Below, one piece after another: positions 13,888 to 27,121 of a stretch of 64,000 nt of DNA (the stretch's first letter is position 1; every line of letters starts with the position of its first letter). The notes under the pieces are model-generated. The model was not told where the DNA came from. It saw nothing but the letters and a program-made list of their open reading frames with translations, and made no database searches. The stretch spans positions 43,718,280 to 43,782,279 of the forward strand of contig NC_057718.1 in NCBI RefSeq assembly GCF_004010195.1, written 5' to 3'. Both the position numbers and the translations under genes were made by a program. The DNA is from Chiloscyllium plagiosum. Taxonomy: Eukaryota.

Positions 13888-13957
13888 ATTCAGCATTTAT
13901 ACAAAGTATTTATAGGTAGGCTTCCACAGGTGTTTACCATTGTCACAGAGGGAATAG
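13888..13957 (+). pseudogene. USH2A: Usherin exon (human exon 24 equivalent), internally deleted with dead donor
   Basis: Acceptor tctttag|AT TCA GCA. 13906-13956 encodes VFIGRLPQVFTIVTEGI versus human VFLGGLPRSYTILRKDP, ending in the same register (17 codons + 1 base). It is followed by ataaaa instead of gt. 70 bp versus about 102 expected. Confidence 0.75.
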
Positions 13958-14600
13958 ATAAAAAAAGTTCTGACCTATTATTTGGTTTAGTTCAAACATT
14001 TTGAGAACTGACATCACTAAGGGCATAGTTCTTGCTTTGGTTCCAAAAATTCATGTTTGTTCTAAATACATATATAAAGGCATTTGAAATCATAATGAGT
14101 TTTTATTTTGGTACACATTGTACATCCTTTAAGCTCCTGAACAATAGATGGTCAGGAGTTGAGAATCAGGATGGCTCCTCCATTACCCTCTTTATTATGC
14201 CCAAGGCTTGCCAGATGACAGACTGTAAAAGGGAAATCTCTTTGCTTACCTAAAACTGGCATAAATCAAGCTTTATTAATCAAATTAGGAATCCTAATCT
14301 GGTCGTAGGAGCCGATGCAAAATTCAGAGCAAATGAGTGAACCTTTTTAACAAAATTTGTTCAACTTTGTCTAACTGATCCGAATGCCTGTTGGGGCCAC
14401 AGTTGCTGCACCATTAAAATATGACACAGGATCAGATTTGGCTCAGATTTCAGGGTGATGCAAAGTGATTGCTCCATTAATTTGACATTGGTTTTGAGAC
14501 ATACTTTGTTTCTCATTCTTCTTCATAATAGTTGATTATATTTCTTTAAGCATTTTCCATGTTTTAATCTAGTGAAGTTGAGAATTAGCAGATCAACCAT

Positions 14601-14821
14601 GATTTGGAGATGCCGGTGTTGGACTGGGGTGTACAAAGTTAAAAATCACACAACACCAGGTTTAGTCCAACAGGTTTAATTGGAAGCACACCAGCTTTCG
14701 GAGCGACGCTCCTTCAACAGGTGATTGTCACAATCACTTGATGAAGGAGCGTCGCTCCGAAAGCTAGTATGCTTCCAATTAAACCTGTTGGACTAAACCT
14801 GGTGTTGTGTGATTTTTAACT
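14601..14821. mobile_element. Palindromic PLE-derived mini-element with 12-bp TSD
   Basis: Inverted repeat 14637-14821 centred on 14729. Flanked by cagatcaaccat (14589-14600 and 14822-14833). Each arm has a hammerhead-like (C/T)TG(A/T)TGA-aggagc-gtc-gctcc-GAAA core. Confidence 0.8.
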
Positions 14822-14882
14822 CAGATCAACCATAATTTTGCTAAATTGCAGATCTGACTCAATCGGCCAAATGGCCGATTTA

Positions 14883-15453
14883 GAGTCATAGTCATAGAGT
14901 CATAGAGATGTAGAGCATGGAAACAGACCCTTCGGTCCAACCCGTCCATGCCGACCAGATATCCCAACCCAATCTAGTCCCACCTACCAGCACCCAGCCC
15001 ATATCCCTCCAAACCCTTCCTATCCATATACCCATCCAAATGCCTTTTAAATGTTGCAATTGTACCAGCCTCCACCACATCCTCTGGCAGCTCATTCCAT
15101 ACACGTACCACCCTCTGCGTGAAACAGTTGCCCCTTAGGTCTCTTTTATATTGTTCCCCTCTCACCCTAAACCTATGCCCTCTAGTTCTGGACTCTCCGA
15201 CCCCAGGGAAAAGACTTTGTCTATTTATCGTATCCATGTCCCTCATAACTTTGTAAACTTCTATAAGGTCACCCCTCAGCCTCCGACGTTCCAGGGAAAA
15301 TAGCCCCAGCCTGTTCAGCCTCTCCCTGCAGCTCAGATCTTCCAACCCTGGCAACATCCTTGTAAATCTTTTCTGAACCCTTTCAAGTTTCACAACATCT
15401 TTCCGATCGGAAGGAGACCAGAATTGCATGCAATATTCCAACTGTGGCCTAAC
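14883..15453 (-). mobile_element. HER1/CR1 LINE 3' end, relatively young
   Basis: Open 155-aa frame MEYCMQFWSP...KLERVQKRFTRMLPGL...GRWD and a (gagtcata)n tail. Confidence 0.92.
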
Positions 15454-16127
15454 CTTCTGCTCCTACATCTTAAAGTCTTATTGTTTTAAGGTCATCTATC
15501 TTGTTGAATGTCACACTGCTACATTTGATAGGAACTGTGGTACAGTGTGCAGTTTTGAATTGCCTGGAAACACTGTTAATGATTGATGTGAGATGTAATT
15601 ATTGTTAATGTTAGTTCCTCTCTTTTCCCAAGACCTCGCTTGCCTTTTTGCTGTCTTGTGAGGTGATGAACCTTTGCTGTCTATGACAAGGGAATTCAAA
15701 TAAAAGAGACGATGAGACATAAAATACATGGCACCCATTTGGAAGTTGAGTACTCAAATTACTTGAGCTGCAAAGCCTCCATCAATAGTGTACAGAAAAG
15801 TATCTAATTTTGTGAGGAAAGGAAAATCCTCTTGTATATTTCCAGCCTACTCCTGTTACATTTCAGTTAATTTGCCAAGCTGTGGATGTTATTCATCAAT
15901 TTAAAACAATCTACGTGTATAAATATGAAAAGCTTTTGTTTAAAGGTGAATCTATCAGTATATTTGGATAATTTATCAAAACTTGTAAAAAAAAATTTCA
16001 TATACTTTGGATATGACAACACACACAAAATAGACAGAAAAAGAAAACATTAAGATACAAGGCATATGTCCCAAAATGTTCTAAATTGTTAAAAGATTCG
16101 TAATACAAAAAGCTTAAGGTTTTACTC

Positions 16128-16347
16128 CTTTGTCTGTCCAGCTGTTGTTCTCTCTCTTTGGGCACTATCCCTACCTATCGTTTACTCATTATCCCCTCTC
16201 CCCATCCTGTCTTCTGCACATAACACTACATTTTCATAGCTACCATCAGTTCTAAGGAAGGGTCACCAGATCTGAAATATTTACTCTGATTTCACTTCAC
16301 AGATGCTGCCAAACAGCTGAGTTTTTCCAGAAACTTCTGTTTTTGTT
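16128..16347 (+). mobile_element. Degenerate PLE terminal repeat (different family)
   Basis: agttctaaggaagggtcaccagatctgaaa...cacagatgctgcc...tttttccagaaacttctg. An inverted relative lies at about 58745-58836. Confidence 0.5.
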
Positions 16348-18314
16348 TAAGATTTTACGAGTCATAGAGTAATAGAGATGTACAGCACGGAAACATACCC
16401 TTCGGTCCAACCCGTCCATGCCGACCAGATATCCCAACCCATTCTAGTCCCACCTGCCAACATCTGACCCATATCCCTCCAAACCCATCCTATTCATATA
16501 CCCATCCAGATGCCTTTTAAATGTTGCAATTGTACCAGCCTCCACCACTTCCTCTGGCAGCTCATTCCATACACATGCCACCTTCTGCATGGAAACGTTG
16601 CCCCTTAGGTCTCTTTTATATCTTTCCCCTCTCACCCTAAATCTATGCCCTCTAGTTTTGGAATCCCCGACCCCAGGGAAAAAAACTTGGCCTATTTATC
16701 CTATCCATGCCCCTCATAATTTTGTAAACCTCTATAAGGTCAGCCCTCAGCCTCCGACACTCCAGGGAAAACAGCCCTAGCAAATTTAACCTCTCCCTGT
16801 AGCTCAAATCCTCCAACCCTGGCAACATCCTTGTAAATCTTTTCTTAACCCTTTCAAGTTTCATGACATCTTTCTGATAGGAAGGAGACCAGAATTGCAC
16901 ACAATATTCCAATAGTGGCCTAACCAATGTCCTGTACAGCCGCAACATGACCTCCCAACTCCTCTTCTCAATACTCTGACCAATAAAGGAAAGCATACCA
17001 AACGCCTTCTTCACTACCCTACCTACCTGCGACTCCACTTTCGAGGAGCTATGAACCTGCAATCCAAGGTCTCTTTGTTCAGCAACACTCACAAGGACCT
17101 TACCATTAAGTGTATAAGTCTTGCTAAGATTTGCTTTCCCAAAATGCAGCATCTCGCATTTATCTAAGTTAAACTCTATCTGCCACTTCTTAGCCGATTG
17201 GTCCATCTGATCAAGATCCAATTGTAATCTGAGATAACCTTCTTTGCTGTCCACTACACCTCCAATTTTGGGATCATCTGCAAACTTTCTAACTATGCCT
17301 CTTATGCTTGCATCCAAATCATTTATTTAAATGATGAAAAGCAGTGGACCCAGCACCGATCCTTGTGGCACTCCACTGGTCACAGGCCTCCAGTCTGAAA
17401 AACAACCCTCCACCACCCTCTGTCTTCTACCTTTGAGCCAGTTCTGTATCCAAATGGCTAGTTCTCCCTGTATTCTGTGAGATCTAACCTTGCTAACCAG
17501 TCTCCCATGGGAAAACTTGTCAAATGCCTTATTGAAGTCTGTATAGATCACGTCCACCACTCTGACCACATCAATCCTCATTGTTACTTCTTCAAAAAAC
17601 TCAATCAAGTTCGTGAGATGATTTCCCATGCAGAAAGCCATATTGACTATCCCTAATCAGTCCTTGCCTTTCCAAATACATGTACATCTTGTCGCTTAGG
17701 ATTCCCTCCAACAACTTGCCCTCCACCGACTTCAGGCTCACTGGTCTTGAGTTCCCTGGCTTGTCCTTACCACCTTTCTTAAACAGTGGCGCCATGTTAG
17801 CCAACTTCCAGTCTTCCGACACCTCACCTGTGACCATCGATGATACAAATATCTCAACAAGAGGCCCAGCAATCACTTCCCTAGCTTCCCACAGAGTTCT
17901 AGGGTACACCTGATCAGGTACGGTGGATGTATCCACTTTCATGCGTTTCAAGACATGCAGCACTTCCTCCTCTGTAATATGGACATTTTGCAAGGTGTCA
18001 CCATCTATGTCCCTACATTCTATATCTTCCATGTCCTTTTCCACAGTAAATACTGATGCAAAATACTCATTTAGTTTCTCCCCCATCTCCTGCAGCTCCA
18101 CAGAAAGGTCGTCTTGCTGATCTTTGAGGGGCCCTATCCTCTCCCTAGTTACCCTATTGTCCTTAATGTATTTGTAAAAACTCTTTGGATTCTCCTTAAT
18201 TCTATTTGCCAAAGCTATCTCATGTCACCTTTTTGCCCACCCGATTTCTCTCTTAAGTATACTCCTACTGCCTTTATACTCTTCTAAGGATTCAGTTGAT
18301 CTATCTTGTCTATA

Positions 18315-18450
18315 GAGTTTAGATCAGAATGGTGCTGGAAAAGCACAGCAGATCAGGCAGCATCCGAGGAGCAGGAAAATCGACGTTTTGGGCAAAAGCC
18401 CTTCATCGGGAATAGAGGCAGGAAGTCTCCAGAGTGGAGAGATAAATGAC
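18315..18450 (-). mobile_element. PLE terminal fragment nested in CR1, about 15-bp TSD
   Basis: Flanked by tctatcttgtctata (18300-18314) and tctatcctgtctata (18451-18465). Confidence 0.8.
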
Positions 18451-20186
18451 TCTATCCTGTCTATACCTGACATATGCTTCCTTCTTCTTCTTCTTAACCA
18501 AAACCTCAATTTCTTTAGTTATCCAGCATTCCCTGTACCTACCAGCCTTTCCTTTCACCCAAACAGGAATATACTTTCTCTGGACTTTCGTTATCTCATT
18601 TCTGAAGGCTTCCCATTTTCCAGCCATTCCTTTACCTGTGAACATTGCACCCAATCAGCTTTTGAAAGTTTTTGCCTAATACCGTCAAAATTGGCCTTCC
18701 TCCAATTTAGAACTTCAACTTTTGGATCTGGTCTATCCTGTTCCATCACTATTTTAAAACTAATTGAATTGTGGTCGCTGGCCCCAAAGTGCTCCCCCAC
18801 TGACACCTCAATCACCTGCCCTGCCTTATTTCCCAAGAGTAGGTCAAGTTTTGCACCTTCTCTGGCAGGTACATCCACATACTCAATAAGAAAATGTTCT
18901 TGTACACACTTAATAAATTCCTCTCCATCTAAACTCTTAACACTATGGCAATCTCAGTCTATGTTTAGAAAGTTAAAATCCTCTACCATAACCACCCTAT
19001 TGTTCTTAAAGATACTTGAAATCTCCTTACAAATTTGTTTCTCAATTTCCCTCTGACTAAAATACAATCCCATAAGGTGATCATCCATTTCTTATTTCTC
19101 AGTTCTACCCAAATAACTTCCCTGGATGTATTTCCAGGAATATCCCCTGTCAGTAAGCTGTAATGCTATCCCTTATCAAAAACACCCACTCCCCCTCCTG
19201 ACGTGCCCTTTTTCTGTCCTTCCTGTAGCATTTGTATCCTGGAATTAAGTTGCCAGTCCTGTCCATCTCTGAGCCACATTTCTGTAATTGCTGAGATATC
19301 CCAGTCCCATGTTCCTAACCATGCCCTGTGTTCATCTGCCTTCCCTGTTGGGCCTCTTGCATTGAAATAAATGCAGTTTAATTTATCAGTCTTACCTTGT
19401 TCTCTGCTATGTCCCTGCCTGCCTGACTGTTTGACTTGCCTTTGTTCTCAACTGTACCAGTCTCAGATTGAAATCTTTCCTCATTATCTCCCTGGATCCC
19501 ATTCCCCCAACCCCACCCCACCCCACCATACTAGCTTAAATCCTCCTGAGCAGCTCTAGCAAATCTCCCTGCCAGTATGTTAGTCCCCTTCCAATTTAGG
19601 TGTAATCCGTCCTTCTTGTACAGGTCATTTCTACCCTGAAAGAGATTCCAATGATCTAAAAATGTGAATCCTTCTCCTATACACCAGCTCCTCAGCCATG
19701 CATTCATCTGCTCTATCCTCCCATTCCTGCCCTCACTAGCTCGTAGCACCGAGAGTAATCCAGATATTATTACTCTCGAGGACCTCCTTTTTAAATTCTT
19801 CCTAACTCTCTGTAATCTCCCTTCAGAATCTCAACCTTTTCCCTTCCTATGTTGTTGGCTCCAATATGTACAATGACTTCCTGCTGGCCCCTCTTCCCCT
19901 TGAGAACATTCTGCATCATCTCTGAGGCATCCTTGATCCTGGCACCAGGGAGGTAACACACCATTCTGATTTTTCGCTGCTGATCACAGAAACATCTATC
20001 TGTACCTCAGACTAGAGAGTGCCCTAAGACAATCGATCGCTTGGAACCCGACATACCTATCATTGCATTACAGCTAGTCTCAATACCAGAAACGTGGCTG
20101 TTCATGCTACGTCTTCATGAGAATCCAACACCCCCTACATTTTTCAAACCAGCATACTTGTTTGAAATGGGGATAGTCACAGAAGA

Positions 20187-20407
20187 GGAGAAAGTGAGGT
20201 CTGCAGATGCTGGAGATCAGAGATGGAAATGTGTTGCTGGAAAAGCGCAGCAGGTCAGGCAGCATCTAGGGAACAGGAGAATCGACGTTTTGGGCATTAG
20301 CCCTTCTTCAGGATTCCTGAAGAAGGGCTAATGCCCGAAACGTCGATTCTCCTGTTCCCTAGATGCTGCCTGACCTGCTGCGCTTTTCCAGCAACACATT
20401 TCCATCT
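20187..20407. mobile_element. Fold-back PLE mini-element nested in CR1 ORF1, 14-bp TSD
   Basis: Inverted arms centred near 20314. TSD atagtcacagaaga at 20173-20186 and 20408-20421. Confidence 0.88.
20311..20350 (+). ncRNA. Minimal type-I hammerhead ribozyme motif (PLE-associated)
   Basis: CTGAAGA (20317-20323) - aGGGC taat GCCC - GAAA (20337-20340) - C GTC. Core intact, palindromic ACGT in place of stem III, stem I weak. Confidence 0.6.
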
Positions 20408-21050
20408 ATAGTCACAGAAGACTCCTGCACTGCCTGCCTACCTCTCTTACCTTTCCTGACTTAACCCATCTTTGTGACTGTATCTGAGACTTTCCCCCTT
20501 CCTATAACTGCCATCCATGACATCCCCTTGCTCTTGTAAATTCCTCATTGCCTCTAACTGCCTCTCTAACCGATTCATTCAATCTGATAGGATTCGCAAT
20601 CAATGGCATTTATTGCAGATATAATCCTCAGTCACCCGTAAACTCTTCCTAAACACACACATCTGACAAGAAGAGCATATCACTCTACTAAGGGCTATTT
20701 TTGTTTCTTTCAACCTACAGAACCAGAAAATAGCACTGTCTTATTTCTCTACAAAATACTGCTCCAGGTTAAATTAATACTTATGGCTTATATTTTAAGT
20801 TGAATCAAGAGGCATATCTGAATATAACATATAACTAAGAACCCACTCTACTCACTACTGCGACTTATTTTAAGGACACGTTTAAAACATCCACTTATCT
20901 GTTTCTGTGCTGTGACCTCTCCCAGAGGTTCCTCCAAGATCAGTTGTGTATTTCATTATTTTTTAATTTTCCCAGACACATTCCGATGTCCAGCAATGCA
21001 TGAATTCAACAGCTAAGGCAGTAACTGCTAACTCTGTCAGTAATGTGGGT

Positions 21051-21070
21051 TTCTTTCTTTCTTTCTTTTT

Positions 21071-21102
<32 letters not shown>
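21051..21102. repeat. (CTTT)n/(CT)n microsatellite
   Basis: ttctttctttctttcttttt...tctctctctc. Confidence 0.9.
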
Positions 21103-21103
<1 letters not shown>

Positions 21104-22685
21104 CTGCACCTGCACTGACCTCACCACGTGCTTCGTTTGTCTGTTCTTCTCCCTTTTAGAAGTGCTGTTTTTTTTTCTCTCAAGTTCCAAAACAATGCAA
21201 AAGCATATAAAACAGTAATTGCTGCTCCTGAAATTTGGAGAAATCACCGAAAACACCTCAGAAAAGGAGCAGCTGTTACAACCAGAAATTTTTCCCGTCC
21301 TCCATCTTGGATTACCCAGAATCCTTGTCAGTCCTGGTTCTTCAATGCAGTATAATTCACATTCTACTTCAAACTTTAATTTTGTTTTGTCAGATGAGGA
21401 AATATACATGCTTAGCTTTTTGTAAGTGTTTATTATAAACATAATTATTCATTGTGACTATTCAATAATATTTCTTATCAACTAAAAACTGCCATGAGTC
21501 ATAATTAGTTGGCTGAAACCACTCCAGGTAACATTTTGAAGTGCAAACTCTCTTGACTTTTAGCTCATCAACATTTCTTCTTTTTTAACATGACAAAGAA
21601 TCCATTTATTTCAACTTATTTAGTGGCTGTCAAATTTTAAGCTTAAGGTGTTCTCATCAAAGGTAAATGAACTGATAATATTATTAAGAAAAACATAACT
21701 CTGCTAACCATTTGAGTAGTGCTAATGAAGCTAGCTATCAACAAAGAAATCAGAACATTAATATGGAGCAGTAGCAGATGGATGTAATTTGAGAGTCCAA
21801 TGATACCAATGCCAAGAGATGTAAGATTCTCATTGCTTGGTCTTATGACTGTAAGTATCATTCCAGACTAAGGTGGCCAAGTATACAAAGTGCACAAATG
21901 TGTCCGTTTAACTTCTACTAATGCTAAGATATGTCAATCTTGTCCATTTTTAAATATTCTAATAGGCAATTGAAATATGTGCAGAGCTACTTTGTTCTAA
22001 AGTGCAAGGTGTAAGCAATAACTTAGTTTTGGTATGGCTGTATTGGTTTTAAAGCCAGCATTACTGTAATTGCACTCTAAGTCAAGGCAATACTGAAGAA
22101 TTATTGACTGGGTTGTTTCCTTGGGATAGATGCAAATTATTGAAAAGTTAATTTCCAATATCCCTTGAACAACTTAAAAGAAGTTAAAACAAAAAGAACA
22201 GAAGTTTTAAATAGGAGATGACTTGAATATGGAATGGGACCATTCAAAGGAAAGGAATACTCAGTAAAGATGCAGAGACAGTTTTGATTAAACAAGTCAA
22301 TCCCTAAATTTATAATTCAATGTTTAGCCCAAGCACAAATCTGGCATGTTTTAGTTTTTTGCAGAATGTTTCATTTAAACAGTATTGAATAAAGAGGGTA
22401 AGAGTTTAAAATTGTGAACTATTATTTAAAAATCTGTAAACTATATTATTTTCAGATTTTGCTACTCTTCTTTATTGTAATAAATTAGTAATGAATGCAT
22501 CCTACGAAATTAAGCTTCCCCTCTGAATATGCTTTTACAATGTTGTATTCAAAGCTTTTATGTACAAACATGAATGCAGTAGAAAAATACTTTGAACTTA
22601 ATTAGTAATTGAGATTAAATGTTATTTTTAATTGTACTGTACATGTTGAATTGAGTGTTAATGCTTGCTTTCTTAGTCTACTCAG

Positions 22686-22879
22686 GTAATACAAAAGTGG
22701 TTGCAGAGGATTTTGTGGGGTGTCTCAGTGATGTGCAGAAAATGAACAGAGTGACTCCAACAGAGATTAGGTTTAGGAACCATTGGATTGAAATAATGCT
22801 GACGAAAAAGTTGTAACATATCGCAGCTGGGAGGGCTGTCCTAGTGTTCTTGTGGGTGGAGCACATTTCCTAGGACAAG
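22686..22879 (+). pseudogene. USH2A: Usherin exon (human exon 25 equivalent), 5-bp insertion and two Trp>stop changes
   Basis: Acceptor at tactcag|GT 22686 (or in-frame tcttag| 22677), donor CAAG|gtaatg. Reads KVVAEDFVGCLSDVQKMNRVTPTEI[+AGGTT]*EPLD*NNADEKVVTYRSWEGCPSVLVGGAHFLGQ(G) versus human EIIQKGFVGCLKDVHFMKNYNPSAIWEPLDWQSSEEQINVYNSWEGCPASLNEGAQFLGA(G). TAG at 22774-22776, TGA at 22789-22791. Confidence 0.93.
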
Positions 22880-23484
22880 GTAATGGTAATTAAACATCTG
22901 TTCCCACTGGGCTGGAACAAAGAAGTAATGTTGTGTCAAATGTTGTACTATTGCACAGGATAAATGCATGGCATTAACAATTCATGTTTGTGAGCTAATG
23001 ATCAACAGACGTACGACATCATGAATTCACATTCTAATATGATGAAGGTGAAGTGTCCAATTCACACAGGCTTATGTTTAACAAAACAAGGTATTTTCAT
23101 TATTCAATAAGTTCTCATTACTAAATGGTGAAAATAACTTGAATTCTAAGGAATCATGTGCGGTATCTCCACCAGGGCAAGTAGTCAGTGAACTCTGCAC
23201 TGGGCCAAATGTCTTTATTACTGGAATGATAATAGTCTATAAGAGATTACAAGAGAGCACATTTTACATTAATACCGGTTTTACATTTTTATTATGTTAA
23301 TATACAATTTATGTTGCATGCCATATGTTTTTGCTTAACAATATACTTTTGGTAAAATTTGGATTAGGATAAAAATAAATGCAAGAATCACAAGACACAA
23401 TTAGTTTGCACCTATTTGTTGTGATGCAGGCAGAACAGAAACTTTGAGCTGTCTGTTAATTTAAATCCAAAGTATGGTACTGGT

Positions 23485-24690
23485 TTGATTTGATTTATTA
23501 TTATCATATGTACTGAGATACAGTGAAAAACATTGTTTTGCATGCTATCCAGACAAATCATACCTTACATAAATATATCAAGTTAATAAATAGACCATAG
23601 CATTATAGCTACAGAAAAGGTGCAGAGAAAGATCAACTCTAATATATGAGGGGTTCATTCTTAAGCCTGATAACAGATGAAGAAGCTGTTCTTGAATCTG
23701 TTGGTACGCATTTTCAAACGTTTGTATCTTTTGCCCGATTAAAGAGGTGGAAGAGAATAAAACAGGGGTTGGCAGGGACTTGGATGATGTGGGCTGCTTT
23801 CCTGAGGCAATGGGAAATATGGATGGTATCAATGGAAGGAAAGCTAATGTTTTTTGATGAACTGGGTTGCATTCTTGTAGTCTTGGGCAGAGCAGTTGCG
23901 AAACCATGTTGTGATGCATTTGGCTAAGAAGCTTTCTATTGTGCATCTATAAAATTGGCAAGAGACATTGTGGACAAGCTGAATCTCCTTAGTTTCTGAG
24001 GAAGCAAAAGCATTGTTGTGTCTTTTTGACTGTAACATTGATGTGGATGGACCCAGGACATATTGTTGGTGATATTTACTCCTAGGAACTTGAAGCACTT
24101 GACTATCTCCACCTCCACACCATTGATAAAGGCAGTCCTCCACTCTGTTTTCAGATGTCAATGACCAACTCCTTAATTTTGCTGACATTGAGGGAGGGGT
24201 TGCTGTTTTTACACCATGCCACTAAGCTCTCTATCTCTTTCCTGCACTCTGTCTTGTTGTTATTTGTAATTTGACTCATTATGGTGCTGTCATCAACAAA
24301 TTTGTAAAGGGAGAGAGAGCTGAATTTGGCCACACAGTTGTGAGTGTATAAAGAGGCTAGTAAGAAGCTGAATGTGCAGCCTTGTGGGATACTGTGTTAA
24401 GGATTATCATGGCAGAGGTATTGTCACCTATCCTTACTGATTGCTGTCTGCGGGCCAGGAAGTCAAAGATCCAGTTGCAGAAGTCACTGTCTACAGTGAA
24501 TAAGCCTTTGGATATTCCGTCTCAAGTGGCGGTATACATTTTGTCAAATGCACTCTCTTCACTCTCGCTTTGGGTGGGATGTAAATTGCTGTCACGATTA
24601 CAAAAGTAAACTCCCATAGCAGGTAGTTGGTACGGCAGTTCACCGTGATATATTCTAGATGCAGGGAGAGTAACCTGCGAGGGTTATCAT
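23485..24690 (-). mobile_element. Internally deleted Rex1/Babar-type LINE
   Basis: Endonuclease remnant LEYITVNCRTNYLLWEFTFVIVTAIYIPP. RT remnants YKFVDDSTIMSQITNNN...LVAWCKNSNPSLNVSKIKELVID and FKFLGVNITNNMSW. Confidence 0.75.
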
Positions 24691-27121
24691 GTCTATTCAC
24701 CATGCAAACTACCAAGTGAACAAATTCAACCTTTCTTAACAAATTACCAAACAAAATGTTAAATATCTGGTTATGCACAGGTTTGGACAGATTACATAAT
24801 AAAATGAGCAAATAAGCTTAAGTAATTTATTGTAAATTGGCATTTTGGGAAACTGAGTTAATTATAATGATGATCAGAGTCTAGTGAACTTTGTTTAAAA
24901 GTACAATCATATGAAAAGGGGCAGAGGTAGGCCACTTGAGCCTGCGCTGCCAGTTAATTTTGACTCCTTACCATTCTTCTAAACTACAATGAGTATAAAC
25001 TTTAACTGTTCAACCTTTCCTCAAAGGCAACTTTTCATCCTAGGAATCAACTTAGAGGATCTTCACTAAACTGTTAATGTAAATATTATCTCTCTTTAAA
25101 TAAGAAAACCAAAGCTGAACATGGCAGTCTAGATGAGGTCTAACCCTGTACAATTATAATAAGACTTGCCCCAACTTTTCTCCTCCATACCACATGCAAT
25201 AAAGACCATTATTCCATTTGGTACTTAATTACTTGCTGTATATTGCTAACTCTTTTGGGTTCATGTGCTACTCAATCAAACCTGTATCCTTCTGAAAATC
25301 TAAATGCATTATCTCTTCTGGTTCCCCTTTATCCAAACTTCTATAAGAACAAAAAGAGAGACACTTATTACTTTGTACTACAAATTAAAACTGCCAACCA
25401 CTGTGGAGCAGCTCTCTATTTTGTACCTTAGCTTCAAAGGAAATCTTCCAGCAGTAATTTTGGAAATCAGGGTGCACGCGCCACAGTGTTTCCATCACCC
25501 CTCCTGTTCTATCGACCAAATCTAATAGGTAGAATCCTGTGACTGTCATTTCTCATTGGGACATTGCTTTATGTCCAGCATGGTATAATTTTGCAACTCA
25601 GACAGAATGTGCTGAAAATACTCTGTAAGTCTGGTAGAATCTGTGGCAAGAGTTACAGTTAACATTGCAGGCCTTTCATAGATTTGTGCCTGGGCATCCT
25701 TCAAATTTACATTTGTGGGATGTTGAGATTTTTGTCATACAAATGGAGAGGTGGAATATTTTTATATTCTATTTGGTGTTCTGCTCAAGACTGGGTTAAT
25801 CATAATGAACTGTAGGTACAAAGAACACAGGGAGTGGCCATTCAGCCCATCATATCTCTACCAGTTCTTAAGAGTTCAACAAACCCCTGATTGTCCATAA
25901 ACCTTCAGGTTTCCAGTTCCTTCTGAAATTTAAGACTGAATCTGCTTCAGCCACTCTTTCAGGTATTGTTTTCAGGAATATGTATTATGATAGAATTTAA
26001 TGTAAGCCTTCCCCCAAGGTGTGTTCAGAGGTAGAAGAGTATGTTTATTTGATCAAGTGTAAGGGACAGTAGGGGACCACATCCCCACATTGAGGAGCCA
26101 CTTAAAGGCTTCATTCAACTACCACCAGCAGCAGCAGCATGTGTACTTCCCATTCATGGAGGCTACCCAGCAAATATGTTGAAATTGCTGATAGCATACT
26201 GGACAATCGCTCCTTTACATTGAGGAATTCAACATCAATAAGGGGGAGCTAGCTAAAAGCCATTCTTTTTACACTGGATGATGACAACCCCACCCCATTG
26301 AGTGGCCCCTTATGTCCCTGCCTCTGCCTTGGGATCCATGGTCAATTCCTCCTACAAGCAATGGTATAACACCAGCAGTGGCCATCAGTTCAATACTACT
26401 GCCAGTGCTAGCAGTTCTTGCAGTGGGCTTGCACTTTATTGAGGGTTTACATAAGTGCGAACCCCAACATTGTATGGATAAGTGATTAATTATTTGAAAA
26501 CTGATTTGCATCTCCTGGCAGCAAACAAAACGATGTTCGCACCATTTCGAAAAATGATGGATGAGACCAACATCATACAGATTAAATTCTACCAAGCACA
26601 TAATTCCACCCATGCACATGATACTATTGAGAGCAGTCCATTGTATGAGGAATGGGCTGATAGCTTCTGAAGCAGAAAGTTGTGACACCAAGAATAAAGA
26701 CCCATTCTGACAGGAGGTGGGAGCATCCAAATCAGCCACTAATTTAGAAAGACAACCCATTCATGCCCATTTCCCACCCCAAAGCTTTTGATGTAAGTAG
26801 AGGGCTGGTTGCTTAGCAACCTCAGCAACATCATTATTAGCAATGGCCACTGCACATTATCAAGGACCTTCTGGCAGGCTGTCAAGGTTTCATTGACTTT
26901 CTTCCCAAAAGGTGACAGATCTCTCCATTCCAAATCCACCCCCATACCCTCTACCTCCCTATTTGTCTGCCCTTCAAAATATTGAATATCCCTGGATATT
27001 CAATTCTTATCCTTGGTCACCCTGCAGCCATGTCTCCCTAATTGCAAATATATCATAACCGTGTATATCAAGTTGCATGTTAATCCATGTGCATTTTTGT
27101 AAATGCTCCACATGTTAAGAT

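Larger units (their letters stand above)
16359..21325 (-). mobile_element. Near full-length decayed CR1/HER1 LINE (5' UTR, esterase ORF1, EN-RT ORF2)
   Basis: [21 protein letters not shown]. Endonuclease: LDLLLGN...ASDH. SGNH-esterase ORF1: MNAWLRSWC...LDHW...DGLHLN. (CT)n in the presumed 5' UTR. Many frameshifts and two nested PLE insertions. The 5' boundary is approximate. Confidence 0.88.

Noticed and set aside
20963..21442. 159-aa minus-strand ORF with ER/K-rich tract
   Set aside because: The low-complexity tract is the translation of a (CT)n microsatellite in the presumed LINE 5' region.
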